64,000 bases of DNA from assembly GCA_902596165.1 (NCBI GenBank), contig CACJSU010000002.1, positions 23,245-87,244 on the forward strand, given 5' to 3'. The notes beneath the pieces were generated by a model that ran no database searches, was not told where the DNA came from, and worked only from the letters and a program-made list of their open reading frames with translations. Every line of letters begins with the position of its first letter. Position 1 is the first letter of the stretch. This document shows, in pieces, positions 20,161 to 30,113 of this stretch. The position numbers and the translations under genes were made by a program. The stretch comes from an uncultured SAR86 cluster bacterium. GTDB lineage: Bacteria > Pseudomonadota > Gammaproteobacteria > Magnimaribacterales > D2472.

Positions 20161-21458
20161 CTGCTTGAGTTGAAATCTGAAGAGAAGTCCTGAACTAAGT
20201 TAACAAATGCTTTCACTCCGTTAGTTAAAGCAGAATCATCAACATAAAAGTATGGTGAATGATTTGTTGGACTGTCTTCAACTCCTGGTGCATTAACCCC
20301 AAGAAAAAAGAATAGTCCTGGAACTTGTTGAGCAAAAAATGAAAAGTCCTCTGCACCAGTCCGAGGAACTCTTGCCTCATAAAAATCTCCATTTGTAGCT
20401 TCAATTAGAGAGGAGGAATATTTTTTTGCTAGCTCTTCATCGTTAACAGTCACTGGATAGCCTCCATAAACTTTAAATTCGGTAGTAGCCTTAGCATGAT
20501 GGGCAGCAGCTACGTTTTCAGCAATTAGCTTTATCTCATCTCGAATTTGATCAGCATAGGAATCTTTAAATGTTCTTATGGTTCCTTCTAGCATAGCTGT
20601 TGAAGGTATTATGTTATTTCTTGTTCCTGCTTTCATAATTCCAACCGTTACAACTGCCTGACTATCTAAAAGGTTCAACCTTCTACTTACAATGGTTTGT
20701 AAAGTTGTAGCTATGTCAGATGCCGCTATTATTGGATCAACTCCACTCCAAGGCCTTGACCCATGAGTTTGCTTGCCTTGGACAGTTATTCTAAAAGCTT
20801 CAGCTGAAGCCATTATTGGTCCAGGTTTTGTCCAAATTTGACCATTTTTAAAATTAGACACGTGCAATCCAAAAATTGCATCTGGCTTCTCAATTTCAAA
20901 GAGGCCTTCTTTAAGCATTAACTCAGCGCCGCCCTCCTCACCCTCAGGTGCGCCCTCTTCAGCTGGTTGAAAAATTAGCAAAATATCACCATTTAACTTA
21001 TCAGTATTCCTAGAAAGAAAACTTGCAACTCCAAGAAGTACTGCTATGTGAGCGTCATGACCGCATGCATGCATGACTCCAACTTCATTTCCCTGGTATG
21101 TAGTTTTAACTTTTGAAGAAAATGGCAGATTAAGTTTTTCAGTTACTGGCAGTCCATCAATATCAGCTCTAAGTGCAATTAAGGGACCTGGATTTTGACC
21201 TCTAATAAATGCAGTAACTCCTGTGATACCAAATTCTGTATTAGGCTCAAGACCCATCTCAGTTAATGCCTCAACTATAGATTCCTGAGTTTTATATTCT
21301 CTGTTAGAGAGTTCGGGATACTGATGAAAATGATGCCTCCAATCAGTAACCTTTGTCATAACCCCTTGTATGTCTCTATCCAATTGAGTTTTTAGGTCAT
21401 CTGCAGAAATTGGATTTGTAAGTAAAATTAAAAAAAAGAATTGGATAAAATTTTTCAT
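20157..21458 (-). CDS. M20D amidohydrolase with signal peptide
   Basis: HQYPELS, LRADIDGLP, MHACGHDAH, FQPAEEG, GAEDFS, NHSP. Confidence 0.9.
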   Translation of the reverse strand: MKNFIQFFFLILLTNPISADDLKTQLDRDIQGVMTKVTDWRHHFHQYPELSNREYKTQESIVEALTEMGLEPNTEFGITGVTAFIRGQNPGPLIALRADIDGLPVTEKLNLPFSSKVKTTYQGNEVGVMHACGHDAHIAVLLGVASFLSRNTDKLNGDILLIFQPAEEGAPEGEEGGAELMLKEGLFEIEKPDAIFGLHVSNFKNGQIWTKPGPIMASAEAFRITVQGKQTHGSRPWSGVDPIIAASDIATTLQTIVSRRLNLLDSQAVVTVGIMKAGTRNNIIPSTAMLEGTIRTFKDSYADQIRDEIKLIAENVAAAHHAKATTEFKVYGGYPVTVNDEELAKKYSSSLIEATNGDFYEARVPRTGAEDFSFFAQQVPGLFFFLGVNAPGVEDSPTNHSPYFYVDDSALTNGVKAFVNLVQDFSSDFNSSS

Positions 21459-21461
21459 CGC

Positions 21462-22340
21462 TTAGCCCCTTTTAAAAATGTTTATAAAAATTGCTGGGGT
21501 AGAATCCATATATTCCTTAAAATCTGGGCGTCTTTCTAATGAACGTTTATCCATCATTGCAACTGATGCAATAGCAATTAAAGCATACATAATTAAAGAA
21601 CCTATCAAAAGCCATGCAAACGAATAATTAGCTGCCAAAGCAAAGACAAAAAGGCTAAACCAAAACAATATTTCACCAAAGTAGTTTGGATGACGTGAGT
21701 AATACCACAAGCCTGATTTCATAGTTCTAGGTTCAGAAAGATTTTTTCTAAAATTATACATTTGCTGATCAGAGACAATTTGAATGATGACTGCAGCTAC
21801 AGCCAAAAAAGTTGCAAATATATCTAAATTGTTTAATTCGTTACCAGAGTAAGCAAGAGCATAAATCATTGGGAGTAATGCCATATAAACACAAAGCGTT
21901 GGAATAAGATGTATAGAACCAAAATCGACTATGAAGTATTGAAATTTATTCTTTGTTTTCCCTTTCATCATTATGTATCGCCAATCTTCATGTGAGAAAC
22001 CTTCCCATGATCTTATCCAGTTATAGGTTAATCGGATAGCCCATAACAATAAGCATGCATGCATTAAAAATGCCCTTTGAACATCACCTGCTGCAGAGAT
22101 ATCTGCCCAACACATGATTGTTAAGACAACGGGAATAACTGACCAAAAAGCATCGTACCAGCTAGAATTATTGAAAATTACACTTAAAAAATATATAAAA
22201 ATTGTAGCCTCAATGTGGCAAATAAGTACTTTGAATATTAAAGATGATTCAGAAAAAAGGTTCCAAGTAAACTGCATGGAATAAATGCATGCTACGTACC
22301 CAGCTAAAATAACTAATAGATGTAAAAATTTTGTTTTCAT
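21462..22340 (-). CDS. DUF1295 / steroid 5-alpha-reductase-like membrane protein
   Basis: NSSWYDAFWS, EDWRY, GLWYYSRHPNYFGE. Confidence 0.85.
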   Translation of the reverse strand: MKTKFLHLLVILAGYVACIYSMQFTWNLFSESSLIFKVLICHIEATIFIYFLSVIFNNSSWYDAFWSVIPVVLTIMCWADISAAGDVQRAFLMHACLLLWAIRLTYNWIRSWEGFSHEDWRYIMMKGKTKNKFQYFIVDFGSIHLIPTLCVYMALLPMIYALAYSGNELNNLDIFATFLAVAAVIIQIVSDQQMYNFRKNLSEPRTMKSGLWYYSRHPNYFGEILFWFSLFVFALAANYSFAWLLIGSLIMYALIAIASVAMMDKRSLERRPDFKEYMDSTPAIFINIFKRG

Positions 22341-24754
22341 GTGATGTTAATTAATTTTTTAGGTTGATGATAATCATTTTTAATAGGAATGAGAGGAATA
22401 GATTGTAAAGTAATTAAGTCTCGAAGATTATTGTTTAATGAATCGTACAATGTATTTCTTTGCTGTAAATTTAATTTTAATTCATCGGCAATTCCTATTA
22501 CCTCTTCAAGTCTAAGTTCTTGACCAAAAGAAGCGCCAGCAGATCTTGTAATAGATTCATTCATCAACACTCCTCCGATATCATTAATTCCAGAAGTTAA
22601 TAGGAATTTGAGCCCGGCAAGACCCATTTTAACCCAAGAACCCTGAATATTATTGATCTGACCTTGGAAAAGAATTCTGGCAACGGAATGAACCAAAATT
22701 GTTTCTTTAAAAGTAGGGCCTGGTCTGGCTTGACCCCGCCTAAATATAGGAGCCTCATCTGCAACAAATGGCAAAGGTACAAATTCAGTTATACCATTTG
22801 TTTTTTGTTGAAGATTTAAAAGCTTCAATAAATGATGAGCAACATGAGAATTTCTCTCCACATGTCCAAACATCATGGTAGATGTTGTAGGCAATCCTAC
22901 AGAGTGAGAAGTTTCAATGATGTTAATCCATTGCTTGGAGGTAAGTTTATCAGGGCAAATAATTGCTCTTATTTCATCATGCAAAATTTCTGCTGCCGTT
23001 CCTGGAAGTGAGTTCAAACCTGCTTTTTTTAACTCTACAAGAAACTCTTTAACAGAAATATTTAATGTTTTTCTACCGTGATCAATTTCTAAAGGAGAAA
23101 AGGCATGAATATGAATTGATGATGAGGCTGATCTAATTGCCCTAACAATATCAAGGTAAGTTTCACCAGAATATTTTGGATGTATTCCGCCTTGTAAACA
23201 GACTTCCGTAGCACCCCTTTCGATGGCTTCATTTGTTCTTCGGATAATCTCTTCGTGAGAAATATTATATGGCTTACCTCTTAAGTCATCATGACCCCTG
23301 CCTTTAGAAAAAGCACAAAAATTGCACTTGAAAGAACATATATTTGTGTAGTTAATATTTCTGTTAACTACAAAAGTAATATCTGATCCATGAAGTTGTA
23401 ATTTAAGATCATTGGCATAATCAGTAACATATTTAAAATCATTATCAGATGTCTCTAATAGATACTGGATATTCTCAATAGATGGATTATTTTCAACATC
23501 TTTAATTGACTGTCGAATATTAGAAGTAAAAACAGCTTCTGGATATGAAGGTATTTTATTGCTGATTCCTGATCTCCAAAGATCAGACCGAATAAAAGAT
23601 TGAGAATCAGTTATTTGAAGAAGTTTAGAAGATATTCTAGGCGTTGAAAAAGACTTAAGATCAGTAAAATACTTTGGATACAAAGTTGCTCTTGGTTTTA
23701 AAGTTTGTTTTGACCTTGAGATTATTTTATTAAGCTTGGCTATTTCAGGCCATGGCGCTTCAGGATTTACATAATCCTTTGTAACTGGAGATATTCCACC
23801 AAAATCATTAATTCCAGACTGAGCTAATTGATTAATGTGATCTGAATTTAGATTTGGTGGGACCTGAAGACTAACGTCACCAGGTAAGATCAATCTAGCC
23901 ATCGCAATAGTCCACATAAGCTCATCAAATGATGGTTCGCTAGCATTTGCCATCAATGTATTAGGCTTTGCTCTAAAATTCTGCACAATGACTTCTTGAA
24001 TATGATTATGTGCAAAATGCAATTCAGCTATTTTGTGCAATGACTCTAATCGCTCCAACCTTGTTTCACCAATTCCAATTAATATGCCAGTTGTAAAAGG
24101 AACCTTTTGTCTTCCAGCTTCCTCCAATGTCTTCATTCTAAATATAGGATCTTTATCTGGAGATCCGAAGTGCGGCTGACCCCTTTCAGTTAATCGAGAT
24201 GACAAAGACTCAACCATTAATCCCATAGAGCCACTTAGGGGTTTAAGTTGAGTAATTTCATTAGATGTTAGGCAACCAGGATTTAAATGAGGAATCAAAG
24301 ATGTCTCATTTAATACAGCATCAGCGCATGCAGCCAAATAATCATTTGTTGTCTTGAAACCATTTAAAGACAGCCAATCTCTAGCAGTCTTATATCTTAA
24401 TTCAGGCTTATCACCAAGTGTAAATAATGCTTCATGACAGCCATTAGCCTCGCCCTCTTTAGCAATTGAGATAACTTGATCAATTGATAAATATGGAGAT
24501 TTGACCTTCTTAGGCGTTTTAGCAAATGTACAGTAATGACAAACATCCCGACATAAAAATGTTAAAGGAATAAAAACCTTTGGTGAATAGGTTAATAGAT
24601 CTTTAAAATACGTTTTTTTCTTCTCATAGGATGCTTTGATTAAGTCATCAGATAAACAAATATTAGCTAAGGAGCTTAATTCAGAAAATTCAATTGATTC
24701 CGAAGTAATTAGTTGCTCTAAAGCTTGGTTTGACTGTTCTTGAATTTTCAACAA
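22337..24754 (-). CDS. fbiC: FO synthase FbiC (CofG+CofH fusion)
   Basis: TYSPKVFIPLTFLCRDVCHYC and NRNINYTNICSFKCNFCAFSKG radical-SAM motifs; GTAAEIL; MNESITRSAGA. Confidence 0.95.
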   Translation of the reverse strand: MLKIQEQSNQALEQLITSESIEFSELSSLANICLSDDLIKASYEKKKTYFKDLLTYSPKVFIPLTFLCRDVCHYCTFAKTPKKVKSPYLSIDQVISIAKEGEANGCHEALFTLGDKPELRYKTARDWLSLNGFKTTNDYLAACADAVLNETSLIPHLNPGCLTSNEITQLKPLSGSMGLMVESLSSRLTERGQPHFGSPDKDPIFRMKTLEEAGRQKVPFTTGILIGIGETRLERLESLHKIAELHFAHNHIQEVIVQNFRAKPNTLMANASEPSFDELMWTIAMARLILPGDVSLQVPPNLNSDHINQLAQSGINDFGGISPVTKDYVNPEAPWPEIAKLNKIISRSKQTLKPRATLYPKYFTDLKSFSTPRISSKLLQITDSQSFIRSDLWRSGISNKIPSYPEAVFTSNIRQSIKDVENNPSIENIQYLLETSDNDFKYVTDYANDLKLQLHGSDITFVVNRNINYTNICSFKCNFCAFSKGRGHDDLRGKPYNISHEEIIRRTNEAIERGATEVCLQGGIHPKYSGETYLDIVRAIRSASSSIHIHAFSPLEIDHGRKTLNISVKEFLVELKKAGLNSLPGTAAEILHDEIRAIICPDKLTSKQWINIIETSHSVGLPTTSTMMFGHVERNSHVAHHLLKLLNLQQKTNGITEFVPLPFVADEAPIFRRGQARPGPTFKETILVHSVARILFQGQINNIQGSWVKMGLAGLKFLLTSGINDIGGVLMNESITRSAGASFGQELRLEEVIGIADELKLNLQQRNTLYDSLNNNLRDLITLQSIPLIPIKNDYHQPKKLINIT

Positions 24755-24755
24755 T

Positions 24756-25331
24756 TTAACTATTAATATATTTAATTAGTTTGAAGTAATCTTCCTCGGA
24801 GTCAAGGTCATCTTGAATGCTTTCAATGGAAATATTTTGATAATCTATATCATTATTTTGAAATTCATTCACAAAAAGATTATAGCTATCTATACCAAAT
24901 TTTAGATTAAAAGTTATTGATGAGTTGAACATCAAGCAATTTGTTCCTTGTGTGAAAAAATCAGAAATAATACTGACTTTTTTTATATCAAAAGTTTTTG
25001 CAAGCTCATGAAGATCTTTTTCATTAATTTTAGGAAGATCAGCATGCATGATTAAAATAATGCCATTAGTAGAGTGCAAATTTATAGCCTCATTCAAACC
25101 ATCATTCAATGAAGAATTTGTAAAATATGAAGTTGAATGATTTAAATTTAGATTGCTATCATTTGTAACAACTGTTATCGAATCGCAGATTTCTGAATTA
25201 TGCAAAGTAGTTATTGTTTTTTTTGCCATTGAAGCAGCTAACATTTCTCGTTCAGATGAACTAATAATATTTGACAGTCGGTTCTTTGAAGATGAAAACT
25301 TTTTTATTGGGATGAATGCAGAGACATTCAT
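24756..25331 (-). CDS. cofC: 2-phospho-L-lactate/PEP guanylyltransferase CofC (FbiD)
   Basis: IPIK..SKNRLS, HADLP, GTN, FG.DS, DLDSEED; operon position. Confidence 0.85.
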   Translation of the reverse strand: MNVSAFIPIKKFSSSKNRLSNIISSSEREMLAASMAKKTITTLHNSEICDSITVVTNDSNLNLNHSTSYFTNSSLNDGLNEAINLHSTNGIILIMHADLPKINEKDLHELAKTFDIKKVSIISDFFTQGTNCLMFNSSITFNLKFGIDSYNLFVNEFQNNDIDYQNISIESIQDDLDSEEDYFKLIKYINS

Positions 25332-26261
25332 TTATTTAGATTCAAGTTCATGAATTATTGCCTCGGCAAGTGCATTTTTGTTATCAATAGTATTCATGAT
25401 TAAATCTGCAATATGCACTTCATAACCAAGATCATTTAATTTGTTGGATTCGTCTAAATCAGATGAATCTATAAATATTCTTTTAGAATAACTTTTATAA
25501 AACTTACCAATAGTTTTAACGTCCACTTCTTGGCCAAGCTCTTGCATCATTTTGGCAGTTGGACCTTTTAATGACTGAGCATTAACTATTGGACTTATAA
25601 CAGTAACTTTTTCTGAATAATCATGTAAATAATTTTTTAATGAAGATAATTGAAGCATTGGGTTGATGCTTACATAAGGGTTTGATGGACATATAATAAT
25701 TTCATCATAAGTTGATAAATCTAAATCTTCATTAAAACCAGCCTTATCCAGTCCCTTGAACACGAAGTCAGCTACAGGTGGTTCGCATTTCAATTTTACA
25801 AAATATTCTTGAAATGAAAGTAATCTATTTTTTGTTTGTATATAAGTTTCAACAGGTTGGTTGCTCATTGGAAAGATATTTTTCGGTAGGTTAAATGACT
25901 CACATAAAGTTTGAGTGGCTTGAGTAAGTGATTGACCATTATTTATTAAATACGTTCTTTGAATATGGGTAGCTAAATCTTTATCTCCAAGTTGAAACCA
26001 TGTTTCTCCTCCCATTTCAGACAAAGCTGAAAGCATATTCCATGATTCATCTTTTCTACCCCAGCCCTTTGATGTATCTGATTCCCCCGCAAGGGTATAC
26101 ATCACAGTATCAAGATCGGGACAGATTTTTAATCCATAATGAGTGAAATCATCTCCGGTATTAACAGCAATAGTTAATTTTTTTGGATCAATTGAATTTT
26201 TAAAACCCAATGCAAGCTTAGCTCCCCCTACTCCTCCACATAATAAAAGATAATTTTTCAT
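25332..26261 (-). CDS. cofD: 2-phospho-L-lactate transferase CofD (FbiA)
   Basis: GGVGGAKL, VNTGDD, ICPDLDTVMYTLAG, WFQLGDKDLATH, FQEYFV, PSNPYVSI, KGPTAKMM. Confidence 0.95.
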   Translation of the reverse strand: MKNYLLLCGGVGGAKLALGFKNSIDPKKLTIAVNTGDDFTHYGLKICPDLDTVMYTLAGESDTSKGWGRKDESWNMLSALSEMGGETWFQLGDKDLATHIQRTYLINNGQSLTQATQTLCESFNLPKNIFPMSNQPVETYIQTKNRLLSFQEYFVKLKCEPPVADFVFKGLDKAGFNEDLDLSTYDEIIICPSNPYVSINPMLQLSSLKNYLHDYSEKVTVISPIVNAQSLKGPTAKMMQELGQEVDVKTIGKFYKSYSKRIFIDSSDLDESNKLNDLGYEVHIADLIMNTIDNKNALAEAIIHELESK

Positions 26262-27019
26262 CTAAATAAATCCTCGTCTTCACTACGAATTAATGATTGA
26301 GAATCACTGAGGTTATTTTGATTAAATTTATAGTCCTTTATTAACACAACAGGTTTTTTCTGTGCAGCTTGACCCATTAATAATGATGCGGCAGCTGCTA
26401 ACTCATCTGCAATACCAATTTGAGTTACTTTAAGTTCATTACCAAATAGATCATTTTTTCCTCGCTCGTCTAAAAGGCATTCAATATTATGACTGCCAAT
26501 AGTAAAACCCACTATCCCATTCCTAAAAGGCCTTCCCATGGTATCTGTAATAATTACAGATATATTTTTTTGAAAATGCTCAGATAAAGAATGTGAAATC
26601 TTTTTTGCAGAATCATCAGGATTTTCTGGTAACAACAACACGATGTCTGGTTTTTGATCAATATTGGATCTATCAATACCAGCATTCGCATGAATAAACC
26701 CTAGCTTATGCTCAACTATCAATACTCCCATTCTATATCGCACTACTTTCTTGGACTCATTCAAGATGGCTTGAATAAATCTTGGATCTTTATCAATTTT
26801 AGTTGCTAAAGTTTTTGCTTCATCTGATGGACTAAGCCCTGAAATATCTAGATATCTATTTTCTGACTTAGAAACAATCTTTTGGGCAACTGCTATCACA
26901 TCTCCATCATCAATATGGAGCGCTTCTGATTCTATGGCTTTGATAATTTCTGCAGACAAATCTTGTCCGGGCTGGATCAGAGGTAATGTCTCTAATGCTA
27001 TGAGGTTTATAGAACTAAT
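26258..27019 (-). CDS. cofE: F420-0:gamma-glutamyl ligase CofE; start placed at in-frame ATT 27019
   Basis: AQKIVSKSE, ANAGIDRSN, LLPENPD, ITDTMGRPFRNG, ADELAAAA; conserved N-terminus LIALETLPLIQPGQDL lies upstream of the track start. Confidence 0.92.
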   Translation of the reverse strand: MSSINLIALETLPLIQPGQDLSAEIIKAIESEALHIDDGDVIAVAQKIVSKSENRYLDISGLSPSDEAKTLATKIDKDPRFIQAILNESKKVVRYRMGVLIVEHKLGFIHANAGIDRSNIDQKPDIVLLLPENPDDSAKKISHSLSEHFQKNISVIITDTMGRPFRNGIVGFTIGSHNIECLLDERGKNDLFGNELKVTQIGIADELAAAASLLMGQAAQKKPVVLIKDYKFNQNNLSDSQSLIRSEDEDLFR

Positions 27020-27034
27020 AATATTTCTCTTTTT

Positions 27035-27667
27035 TTAATGGCCTGTAATCTTGATGCCTGAATGTGCAAGTGAGTGTTTTTTGTTAATTGCAATAAGTAT
27101 TGAGGTCAAGGCTTCTGCTGCAACTGAATTGCATAATGGTCCTGCATGCCATCCAGTAAGACCAGCATCTGATGCCAGATCAATAACTATATTTCTTGCC
27201 TCTATCAAGTCTCCAGCAACCAATACATCACAATCTATTTTTGCATCAGTTTGAAGTAATTCAGCTGAGATATTTTGAAAAGCTGATACTACGGTTGTAT
27301 GTTCACCTAATATTGATTGTGCATTTAAAGCTGCCGAGCCACCTTCTGGCAATTGAACTCTCATTACTTTAGGTGGCATAAGGGGAACAGTTGCATCGAT
27401 CATAATTTTATTATGCAAAGTATTTTCTATACTCAAGAGCGTTGATTCTTGATGGGCAAATGGAACTGTTAAACAAGCAATTTCACAAGATTTAGCAGCA
27501 TCAATATTGAGCATCCCAGAAGAATGATCAAGGCCTAGTTGATCAGCTATTTCTTGAGCTTTTAATAAATCACGACTTCCGATAATGATCTCATGACCTG
27601 CTTTAATCCACCTTGAGCCCAATCCTTTGCCCAAAGAGCCTGTACCACCGAGAATAGCTATTTTCAT
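27035..27667 (-). CDS. npdG: NADPH-dependent F420 reductase (Fno)
   Basis: GGTGSLGKGL, IGSR, LTVPF, IDATVPL, SAFQNISA, AEALTSILI; heads the cof operon; AGGAG RBS. Confidence 0.93.
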   Translation of the reverse strand: MKIAILGGTGSLGKGLGSRWIKAGHEIIIGSRDLLKAQEIADQLGLDHSSGMLNIDAAKSCEIACLTVPFAHQESTLLSIENTLHNKIMIDATVPLMPPKVMRVQLPEGGSAALNAQSILGEHTTVVSAFQNISAELLQTDAKIDCDVLVAGDLIEARNIVIDLASDAGLTGWHAGPLCNSVAAEALTSILIAINKKHSLAHSGIKITGH

Positions 27668-27697
27668 TCAATATCTCCTGATTGATATGTAATAAAT

Positions 27698-27751
27698 ATT
27701 ATACAAATTCATCAACCAATCAATGGGTATCTTTAAGAATAAATTTGTCAA
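27698..27751 (-). promoter_or_regulatory. Putative promoter/operator of the F420 operon
   Basis: Minus strand TTGACAAATTT-N9-GATACCCATTGA..TATAAT (27703-27698). Confidence 0.5.
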
Positions 27752-27809
27752 CATAAATCAAGCATACATACTCTATAATAAAAATGATTGAATCTAAAAA
27801 ATACTAAAA

Positions 27810-28577
27810 ATGATAAATTTAAAAAACAAATCAATAGTGGTAACCGGAGGTACAAAAGGTATTGGCGTTGAAATCACTAAATCCTTTTTAAAGCAAAATT
27901 CCCGAGTCTTCGTTCTTGCAAGACAAAAACCTAAAAGAATTATCCAAGCAAAAGGGAATAAAGCTATATTTATTGAATGTGACATAAGAAAAATTGAGTC
28001 CTTAGATAATGCGGTAAAAGAGATTAAAACGTCATCAAAATCGATTGATGTTTTGATCAATAATGTTGGTGGTGCTCCAATGGCTGATGCCTTGAATGTA
28101 TCCAATAAATTTCATGAAGCAGTTATTGATTTGAATTTAATTGCACCACTGAACGTAAGCCAAAGATTTGCAAAAATTATGATGAAACAAAAGACGGTTT
28201 CAAATATCATAAATATATCTAGCGTTACAGCAACTAGACCTACACCTGGAAGTGCTGCTTATGGAGCTGCCAAGGGCGCCCTCGTAAATCTTACTAAAAC
28301 TCTAGCTGTCGAATGGGCTCCAAAAATTAAAGTTAACTCTATTGTTGTTGGCTACATAGAAACTGAAAATTCAATAGTGCATTACGGAAGCAAAAAAGAG
28401 ATAAATAAAGTTGCAAAGCGAATCCCAATGAAAAGGATGGGGAAACCAGAAGATGTTGCAAATGCCTGCATATTCTTTGCCTCTACCTTAGCAGATTGGA
28501 TTACAGGTGCTGCTTTAGAGGTTCATGGTGGGGGTGAAAAACCTACTTATCTAGAAGTAGCTAAACCTAAAAAATAA
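27810..28577 (+). CDS. SDR oxidoreductase
   Basis: TGGTKGIG, NNVGG, YGAAK, LEVHGGGE. Confidence 0.9.
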   Translation: MINLKNKSIVVTGGTKGIGVEITKSFLKQNSRVFVLARQKPKRIIQAKGNKAIFIECDIRKIESLDNAVKEIKTSSKSIDVLINNVGGAPMADALNVSNKFHEAVIDLNLIAPLNVSQRFAKIMMKQKTVSNIINISSVTATRPTPGSAAYGAAKGALVNLTKTLAVEWAPKIKVNSIVVGYIETENSIVHYGSKKEINKVAKRIPMKRMGKPEDVANACIFFASTLADWITGAALEVHGGGEKPTYLEVAKPKK

Positions 28578-28584
28578 GAAGAAC

Positions 28585-30111
28585 TTAACCAAATAGTTTT
28601 CTAACTAATCGATTTCCCCAAAATATTTTCAAAGCGCCCTTAAGTTGCTCAAATGATTTATCAGTGTAGGGATATGCAGATGCTGATTTTTTGCCAATAA
28701 TTATAGGCATAGGGTGGGCGTACGCCAGCAAGCCCTCTTTGCCATTAACCACACCCAATCCGCTTTCTTTTACACCACCAAATGGAACTTCATTGACGCC
28801 ATAGCTCATTGCCATGTCATTTACAGAACAGGCACCTGTTTCAATTGATTTTGCTAACCTTTGGCCTTTTTTTAGATCTTTAGTCCAAACATTTCCATTT
28901 AATCCATAGTGAGATTGATTTGCCAACATTAATGCTTCATCTTCTGATTGAACTTTCATGATAGAAATAATTGGTCCAAAAGTTTCATCCTTCATGATCT
29001 TCATCTCATGGGTCACTTCGACAAGAACAGTTGGTTCAAAATATAAACCTTCAAACATAGGATTTCTTTTGCCACCAACCAATATTTTTGCACCTTTGTC
29101 TACAGCATCCTTGACATGATCTTCGATAATATCTATTTGTTTGTCCCAAAAAGTTGGACCCACATCACCTTTACAATCATTTGATTGGATTAGTTTTTTG
29201 GTAATATTCACGACTTCATCAACGAACTCATCATAAACATCATCCATAACGTAAATTCTTTCAGTGCCACAACAATATTGACCAGCATTCATGCAGGAAC
29301 CCACAACTGCACCACTGGCTGCATCTTTTATATCAGCATCCGAACAAACAATCATGGCGTCTTTACCACCTAATTCAAGACTATAAGGAATAAGCATTTG
29401 GCCACATTTTGCAGCAATCTTCTTTCCAGTAACAACACTGCCTGTGAAGGAAACTTTATCTGGGCCTTGATCAATTAATTCAGCACCAGTTTCTCCATCT
29501 CCAATTACAGTTTGAACTAGATGTTGAGGTGCTTCTGCTAATGCAAAGATCTCTTGAACTAGTGCCCCTGACATTGGTGTTACCTCAGATGGTTTTACTA
29601 CAACGCTGTTTCCACAAAGAACGGCTTGAATTACTGGATTAATGGAAAGTATAAATGGACCATTCCATGGGGTGATTACAGCCACAACTCCTCTTGGCTT
29701 GAAAGTGATAATAGTCTTTTTTAGGAACTGCATAGGACCATGCATTTTAATTTTTTTATCTGAAAGCCATTTTTGTGCTCTCTTAGCGTAAAAAACCAAA
29801 GAATCTACAGCTGAGAAAACCTCCATAGACATTGCCTCTTGCTCAGGTTTACCAGTTTCCCTCATTACAACATCCATGATTCTATCTTGTTGCTGTATGA
29901 CAACATCAGCAACTTTGTGCATTAATTCAACTCTCTCTTTTAGGGTTGTTTTTTTCCATTCACTTTGAGCAACTTTAGCTTGAGTCATTATGGTTGATAT
30001 TTCTTCAACAGATGTACATTCATAAGTATCAATAGGCGAAAGATCAACAGGACTTTTTAAATTTAAAAGTTTTTTGCCGGTTTCGGAATGTGAGATAGAA
30101 AAAATAGCCAT
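28585..30111 (-). CDS. Aldehyde dehydrogenase
   Basis: ITPWNGP, KPSEVTP, FTGS, LELGGKD, NAGQYCC, ETFGP, PFGGVKESG. Confidence 0.93.
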   Translation of the reverse strand: MAIFSISHSETGKKLLNLKSPVDLSPIDTYECTSVEEISTIMTQAKVAQSEWKKTTLKERVELMHKVADVVIQQQDRIMDVVMRETGKPEQEAMSMEVFSAVDSLVFYAKRAQKWLSDKKIKMHGPMQFLKKTIITFKPRGVVAVITPWNGPFILSINPVIQAVLCGNSVVVKPSEVTPMSGALVQEIFALAEAPQHLVQTVIGDGETGAELIDQGPDKVSFTGSVVTGKKIAAKCGQMLIPYSLELGGKDAMIVCSDADIKDAASGAVVGSCMNAGQYCCGTERIYVMDDVYDEFVDEVVNITKKLIQSNDCKGDVGPTFWDKQIDIIEDHVKDAVDKGAKILVGGKRNPMFEGLYFEPTVLVEVTHEMKIMKDETFGPIISIMKVQSEDEALMLANQSHYGLNGNVWTKDLKKGQRLAKSIETGACSVNDMAMSYGVNEVPFGGVKESGLGVVNGKEGLLAYAHPMPIIIGKKSASAYPYTDKSFEQLKGALKIFWGNRLVRKLFG

Positions 30112-30113
30112 TG

